This document shows, one piece after another, positions 18,872-28,514 of a stretch of DNA of 64,000 nucleotides (within the stretch, counting starts at the first letter, position 1; each line of letters begins with the position of its first letter). The position numbers and the translations under genes are program-made. Below the pieces are notes generated by a model. It was not told where the DNA came from and searched no databases. It was given only the letters and a program-made list of their open reading frames with translations. The DNA lies in IMG/VR virus record IMGVR_UViG_3300027816_000055, one strand, 5' to 3'. Source of the DNA: a virus.

Positions 18872-19528
18872 ATGAACAAAGACCAATTAGATAAGCTTAT
18901 TCTTGAATGTGTTAAAGAACATCAATTAAAACATGCTTTAAAGCAATTAGTTGTTGAAGCAATTCAAGAAATTAAAGCTGAAAAGAAACTTAGCTGCCAA
19001 GAAATGATGGACGAATTGGATGGCGAAGTTAAAAAAGAAAATAAAGAATTGACTGTCACCAAAGACGATGCTGGTTATTATAACGTATGTGGATGTCCTC
19101 CTCATATGATTAAATTAAAGCACATGTATGAAGATCGTTTTCAAATGACATATATAAAAGATGGTACGGATCGTAGCAAAAAGGTATCTGTTCAATTTGA
19201 AGATCTTAAGAAGTTTGTCAAAGAAGTACTTGGAAAAAAGACTAATAATTATGTAGAGACAGCATATAATAAAGCTGCTGAAAATGATAAAGACAAAGAA
19301 ACCAAGAGCGGTGACGAAGCTGTTAAGCATGTAGGTGAAAAAGCAAAGGATATGGTAGAAAAGAAAGATGATTTACCAGATCAACCTTTGAAATCTGTTG
19401 AATCAATTAAAAAACAAAGTGATCACAGTGTTAAAGGTACAAAACAAAATTATAAGTATCCAAAGCAAAAAAATAATAAATTGGTAGTAAAGTTACCATC
19501 CAAGAAAAGCAAGTCTAAAAAATCATAA
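18872..19528 (+). CDS. Hypothetical Lys/Glu-rich protein
   Basis: ATG 18872 downstream of an ATATTTAT motif; 218 aa. Confidence 0.65.
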   Translation: MNKDQLDKLILECVKEHQLKHALKQLVVEAIQEIKAEKKLSCQEMMDELDGEVKKENKELTVTKDDAGYYNVCGCPPHMIKLKHMYEDRFQMTYIKDGTDRSKKVSVQFEDLKKFVKEVLGKKTNNYVETAYNKAAENDKDKETKSGDEAVKHVGEKAKDMVEKKDDLPDQPLKSVESIKKQSDHSVKGTKQNYKYPKQKNNKLVVKLPSKKSKSKKS

Positions 19529-19551
19529 AAGTAACAATAACAAGATCTTAT

Positions 19552-19584
19552 AAAAGCGCATTAAAAAAAAGATGCGCTTTTTTA
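19552..19584 (+). terminator. Rho-independent terminator
   Basis: AAAAGCGCAT / ATGCGCTTTT stem followed by Ts. Confidence 0.75.
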
Positions 19585-19613
19585 TTGACACTCCCTCCCA
19601 CTTGTTCTATAGT
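19585..19613 (+). promoter_or_regulatory. Near-consensus sigma70 promoter
   Basis: TTGACA(19585)-17 nt-TATAGT(19608-19613). Confidence 0.8.
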
Positions 19614-19683
19614 TGTACTCGTAATCGCACCATCAGGCATTGGAATACCAAAGTGGTGCAATTCATTAACCAAATAATTAAAT

Positions 19684-20100
19684 ATGAGTAATACAATTAA
19701 AAAGACAAACCGCAAAAACAAAACCAATTTGGTAGTTAATTGGGTAAATAATTTCTTCACCATTGAAGATTTACATGCCGCAAATCCTAATTTCGTAGAA
19801 ATCACGCTACGTTCACGTTTGAATTCTGCAAAGAAGGAAAATCAAATTGCTGAGATTGGATGTATTCATAGTGGTAAGGGTCGTCCAAAGTTGGTTTTTG
19901 CAAATACTCCTGTTTCTAAAGAAGTGTTGGAAGCGGCTCGTCAAGCCGGTGTTATTTTCAACGAGAACTACGACAGCATCGCCGTTGTCAGTGTTGATTC
20001 TGTTAAGATTGCTATTGATGAAGAAGCACAACTTGCTTCTGAAGAAGCTTCTGCGGAAGAAACATCTGTCGATGTGTTGTCAAATAATATTAATGCCTAA
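19684..20100 (+). CDS. Putative winged-helix DNA-binding protein
   Basis: 'FTIEDLHAAN...ITLRSRLN...GKGRPKLVF' wHTH-like pattern; acidic tail. Confidence 0.5.
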   Translation: MSNTIKKTNRKNKTNLVVNWVNNFFTIEDLHAANPNFVEITLRSRLNSAKKENQIAEIGCIHSGKGRPKLVFANTPVSKEVLEAARQAGVIFNENYDSIAVVSVDSVKIAIDEEAQLASEEASAEETSVDVLSNNINA

Positions 20101-20284
20101 TAAAAAATCACCAGTGAAAATACCGTATCATGGTGATAAAGTCACCATATACGGTATTTTTCATTTACCAACATCCAAACTAATAAAAGTTGATCTAAGT
20201 GAGGAAGAAATATTTTTTGAATACGATATGAGTATGTATAATCCAGAAGAATATTGTATTGTTAAATTACAAGTCTTACTTTGA
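20093..20284 (+). CDS. Small hypothetical protein
   Basis: ATG 20093 overlapping the upstream stop; MPNKKSPVKIPY..., 63 aa. Confidence 0.55.
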   Translation: MPNKKSPVKIPYHGDKVTIYGIFHLPTSKLIKVDLSEEEIFFEYDMSMYNPEEYCIVKLQVLL

Positions 20285-20554
20285 TGGTAATATCGAATAA
20301 AATGGTGATTGTGGCGCGTATTTGATACCATCCGGTGTCAGCGTATATACTTTTAAATTAGTATTTTTATATTGTTTTTTATCCGATTCTTTCTTAACAG
20401 ATTTCAAAATAGCTTCCATTTTGATTCTGTCCTTTCCCATATACATCGGCTGCTCCTTTTCCAATTCAGTTTCCGATAACATATAAACATTGTTTGGATA
20501 TATAATTAAAATAAATGTCTGGTCAACATTTTTTGGGCTATACATTGTGGTCAT
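20276..20554 (-). CDS. Small hypothetical protein
   Basis: Start chosen at 20554 (MTTMYSPK) with TATTTATT just upstream on the minus strand. Confidence 0.5.
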   Translation of the reverse strand: MTTMYSPKNVDQTFILIIYPNNVYMLSETELEKEQPMYMGKDRIKMEAILKSVKKESDKKQYKNTNLKVYTLTPDGIKYAPQSPFYSILPSK

Positions 20555-20609
20555 ATATGATAATAAATAGCTCTTTTTTAATATAATTATCATATTTATA
20601 TCTAGCACA

Positions 20610-20987
20610 ATGATCAATTTTATCAAAGACAATAGATTTCCAACATTTTTGGATAGATTAATTAGTGTATCTCGAAATGAGACAGATACATCCTATATCG
20701 ATTTAAGTCCAAATAATTTATTTGATGGAGATATGGGAACGATTTTGGTAAAAAATGGAAGTGACATTCTGTATCAAGAAAATACAGATAGCGAATTTGT
20801 AAATCTTTCTCAATTATTTCCGTATGTTGTTGCTCCTAGAAAATATCTATTGGAACAGGGACTTAATCAAAGAGTTACATGGGTAAAAAATAGCTCTTCC
20901 GTATCCAAAACTTGGAAATTTTTAGGATATACATGCCCGTTTAATACTGTATGCAGTCCATGTCCAGTTGTTTACGTTTACACTTGA
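20610..20987 (+). CDS. Hypothetical protein with C-terminal Cys cluster
   Basis: 125 aa; ATATTTAT at 20592-20599. Confidence 0.55.
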   Translation: MINFIKDNRFPTFLDRLISVSRNETDTSYIDLSPNNLFDGDMGTILVKNGSDILYQENTDSEFVNLSQLFPYVVAPRKYLLEQGLNQRVTWVKNSSSVSKTWKFLGYTCPFNTVCSPCPVVYVYT

Positions 20988-21012
20988 CGTTTCTATAAAA
21001 GCGACCTATGGT
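20984..21012 (+). promoter_or_regulatory. sigma70-type promoter, leaderless, for uvsE
   Basis: TTGACG(20984)-17 nt-TATGGT(21007-21012); ATG at 21020. Confidence 0.65.
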
Positions 21013-21019
21013 ATGGGTC

Positions 21020-21946
21020 ATGAAACGATACGGACTTTGCTGCATCAGCCTTACCCTACAGGATCAAGGATTCAAATCCTCCACCATGACCAAAACTCGC
21101 TTTTTGCAACTAAACCGCAAACAAGCAGAAAAAATCGTGGCAGAACGTACTCTCAACAATGTTATGGTTGCACGTAAAACCATTGAGTTTTGTGCTTCAA
21201 AAAACTGGAATTATCGCATCAGTAGTGGAATGATGCCACTGGAAACCTTGCCAGATGTAAATCTGTTGATTGAAAATACACATAATTTCAACGGCATTCA
21301 AAACGAATTCAAACTTGCAGCATCTGCAATTAAACAACATAATGTTCGTTGCAGTACACATCCAGATCAATTTGTTGTACCTGCATCTGCCAATCCAGCG
21401 GTTGCTGCAAAAAGTGTAATTGAACTCAATATGCACGGCAAAATGATGGATATGTTTGGTCTTAGCCAAGACTATAATAGTCCAATCAATATTCACATGA
21501 ATTGTTTCAAAGGCGGCGATCTTAAAGACACTGCCAAACGATTCATTGACGTATATAATCAATTGCAACACAATGTCAAATCTCGTCTTGTCCTTGAAAA
21601 CGAAGACAAACCCAACAGTTGGAATGTAGAGCAATTGTATGAACATATTTACAGTGCCGTAAAAATTCCTATTACTTATGATAATTTGCATCATCGTTGC
21701 AACCCCGGAAAACTAACTGCTACTGAAGCTTACAAACTTGCATATAGCACTTGGCCTACTGGAACAATTCCATTGTTTCATTTTAGCGACAGTATTCCAA
21801 ATGGAGATAATCCTAGAGCACATGCAGATTATGCAAATACACTACCGGACGAATATAATAACACAGATGTTCTAGATTTGGAACTGGAATTCAAAGCCAA
21901 AGATTTGGCTATCATGGAGTTTCAGAAGAAATATCCTTGGTATTAA
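21020..21946 (+). CDS. uvsE: UV-damage endonuclease (UVDE)
   Basis: 'YGLCCIS', 'YRISSGMMP', 'STHPDQF', 'INIH', 'LVLENED', 'TYDNLHH', 'FHFSDS', 'RAHADY', 'ELEFKAKDLA'. Confidence 0.92.
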   Translation: MKRYGLCCISLTLQDQGFKSSTMTKTRFLQLNRKQAEKIVAERTLNNVMVARKTIEFCASKNWNYRISSGMMPLETLPDVNLLIENTHNFNGIQNEFKLAASAIKQHNVRCSTHPDQFVVPASANPAVAAKSVIELNMHGKMMDMFGLSQDYNSPINIHMNCFKGGDLKDTAKRFIDVYNQLQHNVKSRLVLENEDKPNSWNVEQLYEHIYSAVKIPITYDNLHHRCNPGKLTATEAYKLAYSTWPTGTIPLFHFSDSIPNGDNPRAHADYANTLPDEYNNTDVLDLELEFKAKDLAIMEFQKKYPWY

Positions 21947-22006
21947 AATAACTTGCACGAATTCAATTAATGTGGCACAATAAACGTGTAGTTTAAAATA
22001 AAACAT

Positions 22007-22222
22007 ATGAAAACAAATAATCGTAATTACTTAATCACAAATTCACATCGCGGATTCAAAGTCGAGCTTTCTACTGCTCGGCCTAATGCAAAACGAGCAA
22101 AGATATTAACATTAAAGACTGCTAATAAAACTCTTAAATTGAATGGTTATCAGATCAATACTCTTAAGAAAGTTTTTGCAAAAGAAAACGCATTAAATAG
22201 TTCAAAGTCTACTATTTATTGA
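22007..22222 (+). CDS. Small basic hypothetical protein
   Basis: 71 aa; weak TTGCAC-17-CACAAT upstream (21953-21981). Confidence 0.55.
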   Translation: MKTNNRNYLITNSHRGFKVELSTARPNAKRAKILTLKTANKTLKLNGYQINTLKKVFAKENALNSSKSTIY

Positions 22223-22227
22223 TAGTT

Positions 22228-22380
22228 ATGGGAAAAACATATCGACGTAATTCGGAGAGAAAAATAAAAAATTTTCAAAAAGGTAAATCTAAATCAGAAA
22301 AATTTAAAACTGGTCAAGATGAACCCAAATTTTCAAAGCATTTGAAAGTATATACGGACGACGTAGATAACGAATATTAA
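22228..22380 (+). CDS. Small basic hypothetical protein (not in ORF track)
   Basis: MGKTYRRNSERKIKNFQKGK...DNEY*, 50 aa; TATTTATT 7 nt upstream. Confidence 0.55.
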   Translation: MGKTYRRNSERKIKNFQKGKSKSEKFKTGQDEPKFSKHLKVYTDDVDNEY

Positions 22381-22393
22381 ACTGTTATATGCC

Positions 22394-22729
22394 ATGACAA
22401 TAATAATTGTCATGGCATTTTATTTTATGGAAATAATTGTTACATTAATTGTTGGTATATTTTTGTTTATTTATATCAAACGCGATATAAAAAAGATCAA
22501 CGCTCGTATTGACACTGTTGAAAAATTGATTCCTGATGCAGCGGAATATAAAAAGTATAAAGACGATGTAAAAACTTTATACCAGAACCAAACTCTGCTA
22601 TTGTCTTTGGTGAACGCTGTAAGAGTTAGAATCAATAATTTTTATGCCAAAAAGCTCAACGAACCAAGACTCAAATCCGCTGGATTTGATTCAACCAAAG
22701 AATTTGGTGAAACCCAAGACGGTGTTTGA
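22394..22729 (+). CDS. Hypothetical membrane-anchored protein
   Basis: N-terminal hydrophobic helix followed by a coiled-coil-like region. Confidence 0.55.
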   Translation: MTIIIVMAFYFMEIIVTLIVGIFLFIYIKRDIKKINARIDTVEKLIPDAAEYKKYKDDVKTLYQNQTLLLSLVNAVRVRINNFYAKKLNEPRLKSAGFDSTKEFGETQDGV

Positions 22730-23162
22730 TCATATCAAACACATCCGTGAATCCAAGGCGCCCGACTATTATCAATCGCTAACTGAAGCTGATCAAAAAA
22801 CATTTAACAAATATGTTATTTTGATGGGTTTAAGTATGGATCAAACGGCAATTGAAGGAGTTAGTTATATATCTAAATATTTAGATATATTGCCTCCAAA
22901 TGCATTTTATAAAGTATGCTGCGATGTTACTCCAAAATCGACAAGATTTTGCAAATGGATAAAATCATCAAAGCCAAAATATAGTAAAAAGCTCATTGAG
23001 ATTATCGCATCTTACTATAAAATCAGTAAAAGTGATGCATATGATTATTGCACTTCATTCTTTCGTGATGAAACACAATTGACTAATTTAATCAATTTGT
23101 GTAGTAGTGTTGGATTTAGCGAAACTCAAATTGAAAAAATGTTAGAAGGAAAAGATGAATAA
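22644..23162 (+). CDS. Clamp-loader small subunit, T4 gp62-like (putative)
   Basis: 'FNKYVILMGLSMD', 'LPPNAFY', 'RFCKWIK', 'IASYYKISKSDAYDY' pattern. Confidence 0.55.
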   Translation: MPKSSTNQDSNPLDLIQPKNLVKPKTVFDHIKHIRESKAPDYYQSLTEADQKTFNKYVILMGLSMDQTAIEGVSYISKYLDILPPNAFYKVCCDVTPKSTRFCKWIKSSKPKYSKKLIEIIASYYKISKSDAYDYCTSFFRDETQLTNLINLCSSVGFSETQIEKMLEGKDE

Positions 23163-23856
23163 TAAACAAATCGTTATAGGTGTAGGCGGCGTTGCAAGAG
23201 CAGGTAAAAATCTGTTTTGTGATTTGCTGGTTAAACAACTCAAACAACAATATAATTTACATGCACAGCATTATGCGCTGGCATATGAATTGAAAATGGA
23301 TTGTCGGCAATTCATTTGGGATAAATTCAATATTGATGTCTTTACAGAAAATACTGATGAAAAAAAGATATTTCGTGATATGTTGGTTTGGTATGGAGAT
23401 GCTAAACGAAAGCAAAGCAATGGTCGCTATTGGATTGATAAGTTAAATACCAGAATTGGAAAAGAATTTGCATGGGGCACTCCACCTATTGATGTTGCCA
23501 TTATTAGTGATATTCGATATGACTTTTATGAGAATGACGAAGTGGATTTTATTCGTAAAGAAAAGAACGGACCATTTATTCATATAAGCAAATACACATA
23601 TGGATTTCCAACTGATGGACGCGTAGTAAAAGTAAGCGGACAAACTGTAAACAATACTAAAATATTTACAGATCCAGCAAATAGTCATGAAGCATTAAAT
23701 GATCCTAAGTTACAGAAAAAGGCAGACTATTTATTACAGTGGGAAGATATTGGTGTTGGCAAAAATCTGACTTATGCAGAGTTGTTAGATAATCAATATC
23801 TAAATAACACTGTTATAGAATGTCTCAAGTCAATACAACACAAGATTATCCAATAA
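23155..23856 (+). CDS. Deoxynucleoside monophosphate kinase (T4 gp1-like)
   Basis: N-terminal P-loop 'GVGGVARAGKN', 'IISDIRY...NE'. Confidence 0.65.
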   Translation: MNNKQIVIGVGGVARAGKNLFCDLLVKQLKQQYNLHAQHYALAYELKMDCRQFIWDKFNIDVFTENTDEKKIFRDMLVWYGDAKRKQSNGRYWIDKLNTRIGKEFAWGTPPIDVAIISDIRYDFYENDEVDFIRKEKNGPFIHISKYTYGFPTDGRVVKVSGQTVNNTKIFTDPANSHEALNDPKLQKKADYLLQWEDIGVGKNLTYAELLDNQYLNNTVIECLKSIQHKIIQ

Positions 23857-24554
23857 AGCTGATTGAATGCAAACAATCGTCTGAATTTAAATTATTTAGA
23901 GATACTATTGATCAGCATCATAGTTACGTAAAATATAAAGATAGTCCAACTCGCCGCTTGTCATTTCTCGTTTATGAGAGTGTAAGCGGCAATTTTATTG
24001 GTTGTATAGGATTGACCAGCGGCACATTGGCATTGAAATGTAGAGAAGAATATATTGGATGGAACAATGATCTTAAAATGAAACATTTGCATCAAATTGC
24101 AAATAATAGTCGGTTTTGTTTAATCAAAAACAATATCACAATAGCTAATGCTGCCAGCATGACTCTCAAATCATTACGAACAATAGGTGTTGACGCATGG
24201 AAAACAAAATATAACGATGATTTGGTGCTTTTGGAGACTTTTATACTACCCACCAGAGAAAACCAATATATAGGGCATTCTAATCGAAATGGAGCGTGTT
24301 ATAAAGCTGACAACTGGATCGAATTGGGTATGACTGAAGGTAATTCAATAAAAAAGATACCTTTGATTATGTGGAAGAAAGAAAACACTGAACGTGGTAG
24401 ATTAGCCAGAGAGAATCCAGAAGAATGTATGCGGCAGTATGCGTTTTATGTCAATAACAGCGAAAAGTATGGGTACAACGTACAAAACACACAAAAGAAG
24501 CTGGTTTTTATAAAACCATTGGTAAAAAATTGGAGAGATATATTATTAACGTGA
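23820..24554 (+). CDS. DUF4338 / Druantia DruA-like protein
   Basis: 'HHSY', 'IGCIGL', 'REEYIGW', 'IANNSRFCL', 'NAAS', 'WKTKYNDDLVLLETF', 'GACYKADNWIELGMTEG'. Confidence 0.7.
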   Translation: MSQVNTTQDYPIKLIECKQSSEFKLFRDTIDQHHSYVKYKDSPTRRLSFLVYESVSGNFIGCIGLTSGTLALKCREEYIGWNNDLKMKHLHQIANNSRFCLIKNNITIANAASMTLKSLRTIGVDAWKTKYNDDLVLLETFILPTRENQYIGHSNRNGACYKADNWIELGMTEGNSIKKIPLIMWKKENTERGRLARENPEECMRQYAFYVNNSEKYGYNVQNTQKKLVFIKPLVKNWRDILLT

Positions 24555-24836
24555 CAGTGTAGCTATATAATAATTTTGATTATAATAAAATTCAATTGAA
24601 TCTTGTGTTATTTTAGAAAATATTAAATCTTTTTTAGAAGGCAATATTTGCAATACAATATGCATATATTGCTGATTACAAATTTCATATTTTTGATTTT
24701 TTTGAGTTTTTTTACAACTACAAAATAAACTATATTGTATAACACATGCAACAAAATCAGCAACACTGGCATCAATATTATCCAATTGATTATCAGTCAA
24801 AAATGTTTTAAATTCTCCAATATTATTTATTCTCAT
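24546..24836 (-). CDS. Hypothetical protein
   Basis: 96 aa; coupled to the upstream minus-strand gene. Confidence 0.55.
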   Translation of the reverse strand: MRINNIGEFKTFLTDNQLDNIDASVADFVACVIQYSLFCSCKKTQKNQKYEICNQQYMHIVLQILPSKKDLIFSKITQDSIEFYYNQNYYIATLSR

Positions 24837-25167
24837 ATCCAGTTAATTTATTATATGCCTCGTATAAATACAAACTACATATAAATATCACCGGACAGCA
24901 AATAAATGACAATTGTGCAAAAAATCCTATAATAACTGATAACCAAAACGATGTACATATTGGACATGTAATTAATCTAGTAAAAAAATTATTATAATTT
25001 ACTAGTAAAAATGTATGATATGATATCGTACAATCTTTTTCTTTGGCAATTAGATATTCTTTTACTTTTACGTAAGGCAAATGTATTAGTTTCGCGTATT
25101 CTACAAATGCTTCTGTATTGAACCAAATTAATAATATTGAAGTTATTAAAAATATTGCAAATAACAT
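24823..25167 (-). CDS. Small membrane protein (DUF1360-like CPxC motif)
   Basis: Three hydrophobic segments; 'LITCPICTSFWLS'. Confidence 0.5.
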   Translation of the reverse strand: MLFAIFLITSILLIWFNTEAFVEYAKLIHLPYVKVKEYLIAKEKDCTISYHTFLLVNYNNFFTRLITCPICTSFWLSVIIGFFAQLSFICCPVIFICSLYLYEAYNKLTGYENK

Positions 25168-25171
25168 ATCT

Positions 25172-25972
25172 TTAAAAAGTTATTCCATTTACAAATTTTT
25201 CCATTGGTTTATGCGAATTGGTTTTAGGATGTCTGGTTGCATGAAATCCCCACTTATAATAAAATATTTCTGCTGCATTTCTTTCGCTTTCATTAAATTT
25301 ATCTCGCTCACTTCCATTTTTAGTTGAAACACTTCCGAAGTGATAGAAATTAAGTTTACGACTTCTTAAGAATTTTTTATTTATAAGTTCTAGTTTAAGA
25401 AAGAAATCCCAATCGCATATAAATGGACTGTTGAAGATTGTATCAAATCCCCCAACTGTCATGTAATCTTTCTTAGTCATAAAAAACGGGAATATTTCCC
25501 CGTCTTGTGTTAACTGATTGGATCTATATGATGGTTCTTTTTCGCTAAATTCTTTATATCTAAAATTATCTGGTCCGCCAAAATCTCCAATTCCAAAATT
25601 AAATATGCTAGGATTTCGTTCAATTTGATTAGGCGTTATGATTGTATCATGATGAAAATCTTCAAGTAAAATTTTGTCCCATTCTACCGGAAACACATTG
25701 TCGTCGTTAACAATTAATATTTTCTCGTTTGTTGCATGAAAAACTCCAACGTTTAATGCTTGTTGCATTCCTTGATTTTCTTCAAATTCATAAAATTGTA
25801 CATTTGTATTGTTGTACTTCTTTTTTAAGGAAGTATATTGTTCCGCAAATCCATCTAATACAACAATATATTGATTTTTGTTTGTTTCTCCTAATAATCC
25901 AGAATCCAAACAAATCTCAAGACATTTTGGATTTTTATATGAAGGAATGATGATTGAAATTTGATTGTTCAT
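25172..25972 (-). CDS. Glycosyltransferase family 2
   Basis: 'ISIIIPSY', 'VVLDG', 'ALNVG', 'IVNDDN', 'CDWDFFLK'. Confidence 0.85.
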   Translation of the reverse strand: MNNQISIIIPSYKNPKCLEICLDSGLLGETNKNQYIVVLDGFAEQYTSLKKKYNNTNVQFYEFEENQGMQQALNVGVFHATNEKILIVNDDNVFPVEWDKILLEDFHHDTIITPNQIERNPSIFNFGIGDFGGPDNFRYKEFSEKEPSYRSNQLTQDGEIFPFFMTKKDYMTVGGFDTIFNSPFICDWDFFLKLELINKKFLRSRKLNFYHFGSVSTKNGSERDKFNESERNAAEIFYYKWGFHATRHPKTNSHKPMEKFVNGITF

Positions 25973-26682
25973 AATTTATTTAATATTTCAAATTCTTTTG
26001 ACCAATTAACAACAGGTGACATATATTCGTTTTCACAATGAGTTGAATAACCGGGTATAGAAGACACCAAATTAGATCCATTTTGCCAAAGATTAATAAA
26101 TTTATCATGATCTCTTGTATATCCCTTTACTAAATCACAGTATTGTGTATGCATATCATAATGTTTTTTAAACGTTGAAAATAACATTGCATATGTGTTT
26201 GTAGTTGATGGCGTAGTTCTCCAATGAGATAATTTAGTTGGATAAATAGAAGACTGTAGAGTGGAATACGCTTCATAAATATATTTATCATTGTGATCAT
26301 ACAATGTAAAATAATCTGCGCTTAAATTTTCAAATCCATCTATTAAAATATCTACCCAGCCTTGTCGATGAAAATAGTCATCTTCTACAAAGTATATAAT
26401 ATCATTTGCATTATACGGTTGTGCGATTGTATATTCAAGTAAATTTAAAAAACTTTTTCCGTCGTTTCCGCCTTTTTTTTCTACAATATTACATCGATTT
26501 TCATTGTTTAAAAAGTGCTTACTTACATCACCATCAAACAAAACCGTTACATCAACTCTATTATCAATGGAGTTTAATAGACAATTAAAAATCTTTTCTT
26601 TGTCAAACCAACTCGGTCTATTTTTTTTATTCGCACTATTTGCCGAAAAATTACAATGTCTAATTAATAACTTAATATTCAT
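25969..26682 (-). CDS. GT-A-fold glycosyltransferase (putative)
   Basis: 'IIYFVEDDYFH' DxD-like motif; cluster context. Confidence 0.6.
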   Translation of the reverse strand: MNIKLLIRHCNFSANSANKKNRPSWFDKEKIFNCLLNSIDNRVDVTVLFDGDVSKHFLNNENRCNIVEKKGGNDGKSFLNLLEYTIAQPYNANDIIYFVEDDYFHRQGWVDILIDGFENLSADYFTLYDHNDKYIYEAYSTLQSSIYPTKLSHWRTTPSTTNTYAMLFSTFKKHYDMHTQYCDLVKGYTRDHDKFINLWQNGSNLVSSIPGYSTHCENEYMSPVVNWSKEFEILNKL

Positions 26683-26738
26683 AATTATTTATTTTTTTAA
26701 TAAGAATGCACGTCTTTATCTAGTTTATTTATTAAAAT

Positions 26739-27446
26739 TTATTTTTTTATAATATAACATCCAGTAGGAAATCCAGAATCATCAAACGTATACTTACTAT
26801 TTAAATATAATTTGTCATGTGTTATAGGATGTAAGATATAATAATCAATATTATATTTTGTAAAAAATGTTTTGATTGCGTCTAAGCTTTCAGTTAAATT
26901 CGAATCATCAAAAATAATACATCCACCGGGCTGAACTTTATTATACATTTCATCTAATACTTCTAAAGTCGCAGAAAATGAATCCACATCAATTCTAAGT
27001 AACGCTAATTTTTCAATATTAGCACTGGGTAATGTGTCTTTTACAAATCCTTTTAAAAACGTAATTCTGGAATTATTTTGCAATCCATATTTTTCAAAAT
27101 TAAATTTTACTTCTTCTAAACTAATTCCCATTGGGCCATTTGCACAATGAGTATAAGCAGGAGTATGTCGTTCATTTAAATATTTATATCTTGCCATTTC
27201 AAGCGGTTGAAATCCTTGAAATGAATCGCTTACCCAAATATTTCTATCATTAAACAAATAACTTAAAAATATTGAAACTCCACCTCTCCAAACTCCACAT
27301 TCTAATATATCACCTTCAATTAATGAAATTTGCGGATATAAAGTTAAAATAGTTTTCATTATATTTGGATGTACCATAGTTATATTATTTAGGTAGAGAT
27401 CATTAATTAATTCTTCGTAACTGTTTATTTTTTTTGTAATAGTCAT
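26739..27446 (-). CDS. TylF/MycF-family O-methyltransferase
   Basis: 'GDILECGVWRGG', 'SDSFQG', 'LKGFVKDTLP', 'LRIDVD', 'GCIIFDD'. Confidence 0.85.
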   Translation of the reverse strand: MTITKKINSYEELINDLYLNNITMVHPNIMKTILTLYPQISLIEGDILECGVWRGGVSIFLSYLFNDRNIWVSDSFQGFQPLEMARYKYLNERHTPAYTHCANGPMGISLEEVKFNFEKYGLQNNSRITFLKGFVKDTLPSANIEKLALLRIDVDSFSATLEVLDEMYNKVQPGGCIIFDDSNLTESLDAIKTFFTKYNIDYYILHPITHDKLYLNSKYTFDDSGFPTGCYIIKK

Positions 27447-27448
27447 AA

Positions 27449-28444
27449 TTATTTAATTTTCCAATAAGAATAAATTCCTTTATCTAACTCAAATCGATCC
27501 CATTCAAATCGTTTTCTAGGTGGTTGTTGTTTTGCCCAATTCCACATAGTAGTTATTCCTTGTTCCAATGTATGATTTTCTTCATAACCAAGAATGTCCA
27601 CTGATTTTTGCCATGTCACATATGCATTCTTTACTTCATGACGTGCTTCTTTAAAAGCAATATCTCCTCCACCAACAACTTTTTGCAAAATTTCGCATGC
27701 ATCTTTGATACGGGTATGATGTTTACCCCCAACGTTCACAATTTGCTTTGATGCACCGGGGAGAACGGCGGCATTCCAAAATGCAGGTAAACTATCATCT
27801 ATGAAGCTAAAAGCTCTAGTTTGTAAGCCGTCGCCAAATATAGTCATAGGTTCATTATTCATATATTGATACATCCAAATACCAAGAACATTACGATATT
27901 TATCCCAAATGTTTTGCTTTGCCCCATATACATTGTGTGGACGTAAAATACACCAGTCAAGTCCATGTTGTTCTCCTGCTATTTTGATATCTAATTCACA
28001 TGCATACTTACTAACTCCATATGGATCGACCGGGCAAGGTATTAATGTTTCGTCAAATGGAGGATTTTGATCACCATAAACTGCTAATGTAGAAGTAAAT
28101 ATTAGTCGTTTTACAGAAAATTTGATGCAATTATTTACTATATCTGAAGTTGCGACCAAGTTGTTTTGATAATTATATTTTCTGATGAATGGACTTAAAC
28201 ATTCAGCCGCATATGCTGCAAAATGAAATACATATTCTGGTTGATATTGTTGAAAAATATCTTCGATATACGAAGTACCTAATTGTCTAGTAAATAACAA
28301 TACTTTTTTATTGACATTCTCAATATATCCACCGCTGAAATCATCTATTCCAATTACTTTATAATCTGGATGATTTTCAACAATATAATCTGCTAAACGA
28401 CTTCCTAATAAACCTCCTACACCTGTAATAATAATGCTTTTCAT
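27449..28444 (-). CDS. NAD-dependent nucleotide-sugar epimerase/dehydratase (extended SDR)
   Basis: 'ITGVGGLLGS', 'HFAA', 'TSTLAVYG', 'YGVSK', 'RPHNVYG'. Confidence 0.88.
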   Translation of the reverse strand: MKSIIITGVGGLLGSRLADYIVENHPDYKVIGIDDFSGGYIENVNKKVLLFTRQLGTSYIEDIFQQYQPEYVFHFAAYAAECLSPFIRKYNYQNNLVATSDIVNNCIKFSVKRLIFTSTLAVYGDQNPPFDETLIPCPVDPYGVSKYACELDIKIAGEQHGLDWCILRPHNVYGAKQNIWDKYRNVLGIWMYQYMNNEPMTIFGDGLQTRAFSFIDDSLPAFWNAAVLPGASKQIVNVGGKHHTRIKDACEILQKVVGGGDIAFKEARHEVKNAYVTWQKSVDILGYEENHTLEQGITTMWNWAKQQPPRKRFEWDRFELDKGIYSYWKIK

Positions 28445-28514
28445 AAATTTTTTAAAATATCAGAATAATTAATATCTTGAATACATAGACATTTTAACTA
28501 ACGAAACTTTTTTT

